From Deltaproteobacteria bacterium (lineage in GTDB: Bacteria > Desulfobacterota > Syntrophobacteria > BM002), in the NCBI GenBank assembly GCA_037384945.1, contig JARRNM010000024.1, positions 5,297 through 69,296 of the forward strand: a DNA stretch of 64,000 bases. Direction: 5' to 3'. The notes under the pieces were generated by a model, which worked only from the letters and a program-made list of their open reading frames with translations, did not search any database and was not told the DNA's origin. Position numbers and translations under genes: made by a program. Below, piece after piece: positions 9,314-17,237 of this stretch; the first letter of the stretch is position 1, and every line of letters begins with the position of its first letter.

Positions 9314-11734
9314 TTATTCAACCATCTCCCCCAAAACCAGTTCAACGGCAGAGCCGGCCTCGAGATCGTAGGTTTTTTCCTTGAAACCAACCTTGATGGG
9401 CATCTCTGTGCTCTTCAAGGTACGCACCTGCAAGCGATCTGAGGTCACTTCCACCTCCAGAGCGTGGCCTCGGTAGCGAATATGCACGTGGAGTTTTGCC
9501 ATTTCCTCCGGCAAACACGGGTTAAACCAGAGTACGTTGTCACGGGGCTCGATACCGGTATAACAGTGGGTAATCAGGTCAACAGTGCCCGCCATGGCTC
9601 CCAGGTGGATACCTTCCGGCGTCGTTCCCCCCTGAATATCCTCAATGTCGCTTTTCAAGGCCTCGCAAAAGAATTTCCAGGAACGAATCCGGTCCGAGCG
9701 AGCAAGGACCCATGAATGTACTACCCGACTGAGGGTGGAACCGTGTGAGGTTCTCCTTAGGTAATAATCTATATTCTTGGGTATAGTCTTGTACTCGAAA
9801 GAATACCCCAGCTGATTAAAGAGCTTTTGCAGTTTCTCCGATGAGAAGAGATAGAAGAGCATGAGCACATCTGCCTGCTTTGAGGCTTTGTAGCCGTTAG
9901 GGGTATCGTCTTCCGCCTCCAGGACGCGATCCAACCTTTGGATATCTTTATATTTCCGGCGATAGCCTTGCCAGTCAAACTCCTCGAGTTTGTCGTAGCC
10001 TTCAAATTGACTGATGATACCTTCACCATGGAACACCAAACGCATTTTCCTGCTTATTTCTCGCCATTTCTCAATTTCCTCCTGACGGAGGTCGATGCTT
10101 TCGAGGAGTTCCCTGGAACGCTCCTCCGGCAAGATTCCGGGTATCTCCAGGGCACGGTTGAACACCCACACTGCCATGAGGTTGGTGTAAGCATTGTTGT
10201 TCAGGCCCGGTTGTTCCCCTTGCGGGTAACCGTCATGGTATTCGTCCGGGCCCATAACCCTCAAGATTTCGTAACGATCCATCTCAGAGTTGTAGGTTGC
10301 TATGCTGGCCCAGAAACGGGCTATCTCCAAAATCATCTCCGCTCCATAGAAGGAGAGGAATTCCATGTCCCCGGTAACCTCGTAGTAATGCCAGACATTG
10401 TAGGCAATGGCTGAATTCACGTGGCGTTGCAGGTGAGAGTTGTCAGGGAGCCATCGTCCAGATTTAGGATTGAGATGAACTTCCTGGGTTTCTTCCCGGC
10501 CGTTGCTGCCGCTTTGCCAGGGAAACATGGCGCCAGAATATCCAGCCTTTTTGGCAGCAAGGCGAGCCCGGTCTAGGCGGCGAAAGCGGTACATAAGTAA
10601 TGATCGGGTGATTTCCGGAAGACGGAGGTTCAACATGGGGAAAACAAACAGCTCGTCCCAAAAGACGTGGCCGCGGTAAGCCTCACCGTGCCAGCCCCGG
10701 GAGGGCACTCCCACGTCAAGGTCCATGGTATGGGTGGACGTTGTCTGGAGCAAGTGAAAGATGTAGAGGCGGAGGATAATTTCGGTGCGGTCGCTTTCCT
10801 CCGGCCTCCTGTGAACAAAATCTACCTCGAAGCGACGCCAAAGATGCTCCCAGGACCGGGCGTGGCTCTCCAGCAGCCCCTCGAAGGAGCCGGCGCGGGC
10901 CACAGCGTTGTGTGCTTCTAGGCCGCCCTCGGAGATGGCTTTGTCCCGGGAGGTGAAAAAGGTAACTATTTTTTCGATGCGGACCTGGGCGCCCTTTTCT
11001 AGGTGAACGAGAAATTCCTGGAAGATGCGTCCGGGCTCCTTAAGACAGCTTTTTAATCGCTGATGAGGTTGACCGTGCAGAAACACTCTCGTCCGGGCGC
11101 CCTGGGCAATGGTTAATTTTGACTGCTTGGTCAGCACTTTTAGATAAATGGTTTCCTCGTCCACTTCTTCGGTTATCAGGGGTTCCAGGTGGTTGCTGTT
11201 CAGCTCCTTGTAGCGGTCCACGCCTTGATTTGTCACCAGGCCGTCCAGTCCGGAGCGGATTTCCAGTTCCCCCGACCAGTTTTCCGCTGTTAGCCGCATT
11301 TCCAGGGCAGCGAGATGCTTGTCGGCCATATGGACCAACCGCCGCTCCTCTACGTTGGTCTGTCTCCCCTGGTGGTCACGAAAACTGATGGTTCTGAGGA
11401 GGATACCACGGCGCAAGTCCAGTTCCTGGCGATAGGAGAGAATCTCCACCTCCTTAAGGGAAAACCAGTCGGATCCAGGTAGTCGAAAGGTAAGGGGTAA
11501 CCAGTTGGGCATATTTACCAGATCCTCGTTTTCAATGACCCGCCCGGCGATTTCCGTGTCCAGCCGGTTATAACCACCGGCAAGGTAGGTACCTGGATAG
11601 TGCACTCCATCCGCCACGGTTTCAGTTCCGGCTCCTCTGGTGGCGAAGTAACCATTGCCCAGGGTGCACAAGGCCTCTCGCAGCCCTTCCTCTCGAGGAT
11701 TGAATCCATGGTATACTAGCGACCACCGGCTCAT
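9314..11734 (-). CDS. glycoside hydrolase family 65 phosphorylase (trehalose/kojibiose/maltose-type)
   Basis: 806 aa. The N-terminus LGNGYFATRGA and the overall architecture are typical of GH65. Its start overlaps the stop of the upstream beta-PGM/T6PP gene by 4 nt (ATGA). Confidence 0.9.
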   Translation of the reverse strand: MSRWSLVYHGFNPREEGLREALCTLGNGYFATRGAGTETVADGVHYPGTYLAGGYNRLDTEIAGRVIENEDLVNMPNWLPLTFRLPGSDWFSLKEVEILSYRQELDLRRGILLRTISFRDHQGRQTNVEERRLVHMADKHLAALEMRLTAENWSGELEIRSGLDGLVTNQGVDRYKELNSNHLEPLITEEVDEETIYLKVLTKQSKLTIAQGARTRVFLHGQPHQRLKSCLKEPGRIFQEFLVHLEKGAQVRIEKIVTFFTSRDKAISEGGLEAHNAVARAGSFEGLLESHARSWEHLWRRFEVDFVHRRPEESDRTEIILRLYIFHLLQTTSTHTMDLDVGVPSRGWHGEAYRGHVFWDELFVFPMLNLRLPEITRSLLMYRFRRLDRARLAAKKAGYSGAMFPWQSGSNGREETQEVHLNPKSGRWLPDNSHLQRHVNSAIAYNVWHYYEVTGDMEFLSFYGAEMILEIARFWASIATYNSEMDRYEILRVMGPDEYHDGYPQGEQPGLNNNAYTNLMAVWVFNRALEIPGILPEERSRELLESIDLRQEEIEKWREISRKMRLVFHGEGIISQFEGYDKLEEFDWQGYRRKYKDIQRLDRVLEAEDDTPNGYKASKQADVLMLFYLFSSEKLQKLFNQLGYSFEYKTIPKNIDYYLRRTSHGSTLSRVVHSWVLARSDRIRSWKFFCEALKSDIEDIQGGTTPEGIHLGAMAGTVDLITHCYTGIEPRDNVLWFNPCLPEEMAKLHVHIRYRGHALEVEVTSDRLQVRTLKSTEMPIKVGFKEKTYDLEAGSAVELVLGEMVE

Positions 11735-13297
11735 TGCTCTTCTCCCTTCACCCTAGAGGCAAGTTTTTGCAGAAACTCACCAACCTCGTGCGGATCTGCC
11801 AGCTGGTATTGAGCTTCGGTTTTGGGGGAACCTTTCGCCACCAAAATGGTGATGCCCCGGTCCTTGAGCGCTCTGAAACCGTCTTCATCGGTGGTGTCAT
11901 CGCCGATGTAGAAGGGCAGAACATTGGCTTGATTGAGCTCCAGCTCGTCCAGCAGCCAGAGGAGGGCTTTTCCCTTGTGCCAATCGAGGTTGGGCTGCAG
12001 TTCAAAGACCTTCTTTCCCGAGGACTTATGCAAATCCGGACAGTTCTCCAGCACCCGGTCAACAGCGGCTTCCACCCGGCCGATGTTGTCTTCGGCCACC
12101 TTGCGGTAGTGGGCGGCAATGGAAAACTTCTTTCGTTCCACCAGAGCACCGGGAATGCTCTGCAGCTGGCTCTGCAGCCCTTGCTCGGCTCGATCCAGAA
12201 CTGGAAGAAATTCTGCGGCTTTCTGGGCTTCCTTACGCTCACCACCAGGACCGGCTATATCGAAACCATGGCTGCCGGCGTAGTAGATGGAGTCGATGTC
12301 CACCAGTTGTCGCACATCCTTTAAGTCCCTGCCACTTATGATCCCTACGGTGCAGTACTTGGCTAATTGTTTTACGGTATGGCGCATCTCTTTGGAGAGG
12401 ACCGCCAGTTCAGGGCTACTCACAATTGGGGTCAAGGTGCCGTCGTAATCAAGAAAAACTGCCATCCTTTTGTTTTTAGCCCTCCGTCTAATTTCAGCCA
12501 TTTGTTCCAGAGGAGAGGGCAAAGATGATGTCTCGCTGTTGGACTGAGCCGCCACTTTGATTTCCGCCAGGTCCTTCACTACCACGTGTGCGCCGCTTTC
12601 TTTCAAGGCTGCGGTTTGCTCCTCTCTGTCCACGCCGATAACGCAAGCAAACTCTCCCCTCTTACCAGCTTCGACGCCGGCGATGGCGTCCTCGACCACA
12701 ATAGCACGGTTGGGGTTTACTCCGAGTCTGCGAGCGGCTTCGAGGAACATATCGGGAGCGGGCTTTCCTGGGAGATTAAGCTCGGCGAGATCCACTCCGT
12801 CAACTTTGGCCTCGAACAGGTGAGTGAGCTTTGCCGCCTCCAATACGGCAGCACAATTCTTACTGGAGGAGGCCACGGCCGTCTTGAGATTGTTGCGGCG
12901 GAGGGCATGAATCAGATCAACGGTGGATTGGAAAACAGGAGCCCCGTTTAAGTAGATCATTGAACAGTTCATTCTTGCGGTTGCCCAGACCGCAGATGGT
13001 TTCCTTTCCTGGGTCGTCGTCGGGGTCACCGTAGGGAATGTTTATGGAGCGAGCTTGCAGAAAACTCTCAACCCCATCATAGCGAGGCTTGCCGTCCACG
13101 TAGCGGCGGTAGTCTTCAGTGCGGTCGAAGGGTTGGTAGGACCTGCCTTCTCGTTCACCCCGTTCCTTCAGATATTCGTCGAACATCTGTTTCCAGGCGT
13201 CGGCATGCACTTCAGCGGTTTTGGTAACCACGCCATCCAGATCGAAGATTACTGCGTCGTAAGTGGAAGGATTGATGGTGAAGCCCGGAGTCGTCAT
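11731..13297 (-). pseudogene. beta-phosphoglucomutase (HAD) fused to trehalose-6-phosphate phosphatase, interrupted by a +1 frameshift
   Basis: ORF 12917..13297 carries FDLDGVV and ends inside the HAD cap. ORF 11731..13029 continues the same domain in another frame (KTAVASSS, VEDAIAGVEAGK), followed by a TPP domain (FLDYDGTLTPI). Confidence 0.8.
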
Positions 13298-13312
13298 GCA
13301 AATGCTCCTCTC

Positions 13313-13499
13313 TTAGCCCGGATGTTTCATGAATGACTTGCTGCGACCGTGGATATGGCCGTCCTTCCGTGCGTCCTCGGGTGTCGCACCCTGCGACGTA
13401 CCGTTCAGGTACGGTTCGGGTCCGACACCCTGCGGTTGCCCGGTGGCACTCCCATCTTCACAGTCTCGCGACAGCAATTCATGAAACATCCGGTGCTAG
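13313..13499 (+). repeat. copy A of a ~180-nt structured element (candidate ncRNA or MITE)
   Basis: The termini pair over ~22 bp (CCGGATGTTTCATGAAT ... ATTCATGAAACATCCGG plus a TTAGC/GCTAG extension). There is an internal hairpin CGTACC-GTTCA-GGTACG and a conserved core CCCATCTTCACAGTCTCGCGAC. Confidence 0.7.
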
Positions 13500-13888
13500 G
13501 GGTTCAAGGCGGACATTAGTCCTCATTTACTCCTCAGTCATCACTGATAACCTGACTCTCATAATAAACTAAGAGTTTCATGAAACCACAGCAAGGTTTC
13601 TCTGCGAAATGGGGACAACACTGTATTTTCGTGGTTGTAAACGATTTATTTCGTCCTGTTGTTATGGCTAGAATTCCTGTTTTTCCCTTGGCCCGGAAAC
13701 AACCTGGAAAAATGAGGGTGGTAGCAAAAAGAAATACAGCCTAGGCTTTATGGACGAAGGAGGGTTTATCTGCTTTGCTAGGGCAAGCTTTTCAATTTAG
13801 GGAACTGTTGAGAGGAAAGTTGTCACGCCTGGCTAGAAATGAGAAATCGGAGATTTAGATAAAAGAGGTTGGGACACGAAAGGAAACC

Positions 13889-14275
13889 ATGGAGCCTCGT
13901 GAATTCGGTGATCCCCGAGTGAGATTCTGGCTGCTCAATGGCAGCGAAGAAGAAATTAAGGTAACCGAACCCAAACTGGACTATCCTCTCCCCCAAGGCT
14001 CTCGCTTGCTTATCGAGGTGGAGGAAACCCCGGTAGTGGACGTTCGCTTTCACTTCAACGCCAGAACCGAGCGACCCTACGAGCTGCATTTCCGTGTGAG
14101 AGAGGGTTTTGACTATCAAGAGCTTGAAGGGGAGGCTGAGCTGGTGGCTTACGGCTCACAAACAGACAAGGATTTACTTGAGGAACACTTTGCCAGAGTA
14201 CTAGACTATGGCAACACCAGGGTCACCATCGGCATGACTCGCGGCAGGGCCAGAGTCTATATCGAAACTGAATAG
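13889..14275 (+). CDS. hypothetical protein
   Basis: 128-aa ORF with ATG start and non-repetitive composition. No recognisable motif. Confidence 0.45.
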   Translation: MEPREFGDPRVRFWLLNGSEEEIKVTEPKLDYPLPQGSRLLIEVEETPVVDVRFHFNARTERPYELHFRVREGFDYQELEGEAELVAYGSQTDKDLLEEHFARVLDYGNTRVTIGMTRGRARVYIETE

Positions 14276-14365
14276 CTGGACGAGAGTGGCAAAAGCCAGT
14301 GAGCATGAGTGCTGGCACCTTTATCCGCGGCCGGATTGTGCTCGGATGAAGAAGCTGGGGACTGA

Positions 14366-14791
14366 TCAAGACGAGGTGGAATGACGGACACCAGGTTTGT
14401 CGACAATTTGCACGGTGCTCGCCTGTGGCCCTTTGTCGCCCATAGTTTCCACGTATCTCACCCCGGTGCCGATTTCCAATCGGTCGAAGTCATCAGCGAG
14501 CACACTGTTTCGGTGGAAATAAAGGACTCGGCCATCAACAGTTTTTAGAAAACCGTAATCCTTCTCAGGGAACAGCTTGTCAACCAAGGCCACCCTTTGA
14601 ACGCTCAAATAAATCCCCACCCGGTAGGGACTACCGCTACGCTGGTGTTCCTGCGAGCTTTCCACCGTCACCCTGATGCTGATTATATAAGTGCAGAGCC
14701 GCTCAAGCTTGCCTACCTTTCTGCGGATTAGCTCTTCTGTGGCGGCCGTCTTTTGCACATCCCGATAGGTAATTTCCAAGGGGATTTGCAT
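14366..14791 (-). CDS. HPF/RaiA-like N-terminal domain fused to a cold-shock-like domain (short variant)
   Basis: The N-terminus MQIPLEITYRDV...YRVGIYLSV is HPF/RaiA-like. The C-terminus LFPEKDYGFLKTVDGRVLYFHRNSVL...GDKGPQAS is CSD-like. Confidence 0.7.
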   Translation of the reverse strand: MQIPLEITYRDVQKTAATEELIRRKVGKLERLCTYIISIRVTVESSQEHQRSGSPYRVGIYLSVQRVALVDKLFPEKDYGFLKTVDGRVLYFHRNSVLADDFDRLEIGTGVRYVETMGDKGPQASTVQIVDKPGVRHSTSS

Positions 14792-15137
14792 GACTCAGAT
14801 CACCTCTCCATTCTCTCTGTCCTGCAGCTAAACTTCTGCATATCTTATAGAATTAGACTACTAGTGGGAAGATGAATAAGGAATGAGGTAATTCATGTAT
14901 TCCGCTAAAGGCAAGACTGTAGGTTCCCCGCCCATTTTCCGTCCCGGACGTGACAGGATTGGGGATAGGGAGGTTATGTGCTAATACTCCATCTCACCGC
15001 TGCCATATACAGGCAAGACCTGATTTGTTTCCCCCCTCGCTAGCTCCTATGATAAGTAATTGTTCGGCTGTGGTGGTGACTTCTTGGGCCAGGCATCGAG
15101 ATGTTGCCGCACATTTTCAGAGGGAGTTAGTGCAGTC

Positions 15138-15347
15138 ATGACTGATCAACCAATGAGAACTACCTCAGAACTGAGATGTCCTTTTCTGGACTGCAGGAGC
15201 GAAGAAATTGCCAGCGTGGGATATGAGAACTCCGCCACCTCATCAAACAAGTCGGGAGAGCGTTTCGATGAACGCATATTCCAATGCCAGAAATGTGAGA
15301 GGAAGTTTCTCTATCTTGGGGATTTATCATTGAGCAGTAACCGCTAA
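15138..15347 (+). CDS. small zinc-ribbon-like protein (hypothetical)
   Basis: CPFLDC and CQKC pairs. ATG at 15138 is preceded by AGGGAG. The longer ORF from 15060 is less likely. Confidence 0.4.
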   Translation: MTDQPMRTTSELRCPFLDCRSEEIASVGYENSATSSNKSGERFDERIFQCQKCERKFLYLGDLSLSSNR

Positions 15348-15364
15348 TAAGAAGGAGAATAACC

Positions 15365-15655
15365 ATGGATAAAAAGGAAGCATACAGGGAGAAACTTGAG
15401 GCACAAATGAGAGAATGGAGTGCCAAAATCGATCTATTGAAGGCCAGGGCTGATAAAGTGGAGGCCGAGAGCAAAATTGAATACAAAGACCGGATTGAGG
15501 ACATCCGACAGAGGAAGGCAGCCTTACAGACAAAACTCAAGGAGTTACGGAATGCCAGCGATGACGCCTGGAAGGATATCAGGGCAGGTACGGAAAAAGC
15601 GGCAGACGGTCTCAGGGAGGCCCTGCAGAGTGCCTTCTCCAAGTTTAAGCAGTAA
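15365..15655 (+). CDS. small coiled-coil protein (paralog family)
   Basis: 96 aa, with an AAGGAG Shine-Dalgarno 8 nt upstream. It shares EAxxREWSAKIDxLK-type sequence with ORF 49917. Confidence 0.6.
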   Translation: MDKKEAYREKLEAQMREWSAKIDLLKARADKVEAESKIEYKDRIEDIRQRKAALQTKLKELRNASDDAWKDIRAGTEKAADGLREALQSAFSKFKQ

Positions 15656-15660
15656 AAGGG

Positions 15661-17198
15661 TTGCCGGCTTTACAGCTCACAACTACTAAGGTTTCATTGT
15701 TCGCGGTAATGGATTTTAATGGTATGAACAGAGCTCATTTTTCCAGTTCTCAGTTGTTCTCTGTGCTCACGGGCGAGAAGAAACTCCTTTTGGTATTGGT
15801 GATCGTCCTTTCTCTGCAAGCAGCCATTTCTATGGTACAACCTTGGCCGCTCCAGGTAATTTTTGATAATGTCATTTTGCACGAGCCTCCCAGTCCTCTT
15901 TTAGCCGGACTCGCCAGTCCCTGGTGGGATGTCGTTTCTGGCAACCTTCTCCCTCTCATGGTGTTTTTGCTCATGGCGGTGGCCTTGCTCAACGGAGCCG
16001 CTTTATATCTGCAGAACGCTTATCTCACCCGGCTCATCCAGCGGGTGGTGCACCGGCTGCGCGTCCGTCTCTTTTCCCACATAATCGATCTTCCCGTGTC
16101 GTATTTCGATAAGGTAGGCGCAGGGGAAATCGTTTCCAGAGTTGTCTCTGATACGGCAAACGTTCAGTCTGCTCTGGAAGCTCTTCCACCAATGTGGCCC
16201 TCTCTGCCGGAGTTGCCATAATGGTTTTCATCGGCGTGTTTCGCATCCGGGCAGGACAGATCACCCCTGGAGAGCTCCTGGTATTTATGAGCTATCTGAG
16301 GAGCATGTTCAAACCGGTTAGGGAAGTAACCAAATATTTCAATAAGATCGCCAAAGCCTTGGCCTCTAACGAACGGATAGAGGAAGTAATGGAGGTTACA
16401 CCTTGCGATCTGGGTGTCTGCGAAGTCGCCGGAGCTTCTCCCATGCCGCCATTTCATAAGGAAATGGTTTTCGAGAAGGTTTCCTTTGAATATGAGCCTG
16501 GAGTAAAGGTCCTCGAAGGTCTCAGCTTTCGGATTAAGCAGGGCCAAAAGGTAGCGATCATCGGAGATTCAGGGTCAGGAAAATCCACTCTCCTGAGCCT
16601 GATTCCCAGGTTTTTCGATCCTACGGATGGTAGAATTCTCATGGACGGACAAGATATTCGCTTTCACTCCCTCAAGACGTTACGGGAGCAAATTGCAGTT
16701 GTTCCCCAAGAGCAGATCATCTTCCACACAACCGTGCGGGAAAACATCGCCTTGGGCAAACCGGGTACCGAGGTAAGAGAGGAGGAAATCAGAGAGGCGG
16801 CGGCGAAGGCCAATGCCCATGAATTCATTGTCAACCTGCCGGAGGGCTATGAAACCGAGTTGGGGATCGGCAACACCCATCTTTCCGGGGGACAGGCCAA
16901 ACGGATACTGGTTGCCAGGGCCCTTCTCAGAGACGGTCCGGTTGTCCTCCTCGACGAACCCACGGCCGGGCTCGATCCCTCCTCGGAAACAAAGGTCATG
17001 GAGGCTTTCGATCGCTTGATGGAACAAAGGACTATCATTGTGGTCACCCACCATCTCCCCCTGATTACCAATGCGGACCTGATTGTTGTCTTGAAAAACG
17101 GCACTGCGGCGGAGCAGGGTGATCATCAATCCCTGGTCGAAGAAGGGGAGATCTATTATCACTTCTGGCAAGAGCAGATGGCACAGCTATACGGTTAA
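15661..17198 (+). pseudogene. ABC exporter (fused TMD-NBD, MsbA-like) with internal deletion and frame change
   Basis: ORF1 holds TM1-TM2 and ICL1 (SYFDKVGAGEIVSRVVSDTANVQ). ORF2 starts at the TM6 region (GQITPGELLVFMSYL), followed by an intact NBD (GDSGSGKST, LSGGQ, LLDEPT). Confidence 0.75.
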
Positions 17199-17237
17199 AG
17201 ATATTTTTCGGAGCCACAGATGAATGACTGAATTGTC

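Noticed and set aside
13313-13499. The ~180-nt element as 6S RNA, a group II intron domain 5, or a retron msr/msd.
   Set aside because: 6S is normally single or low copy and lacks this conserved core. The GUACGGUUC resemblance to D5 is limited to 9 nt and the stem is far too short. No reverse transcriptase gene is adjacent. The element is left as an unclassified candidate.
13333-13572. A 79-aa plus-strand ORF across element copy A.
   Set aside because: The reading frame is not conserved in copies B or C, so the ORF is a by-product of GC-rich structured sequence.
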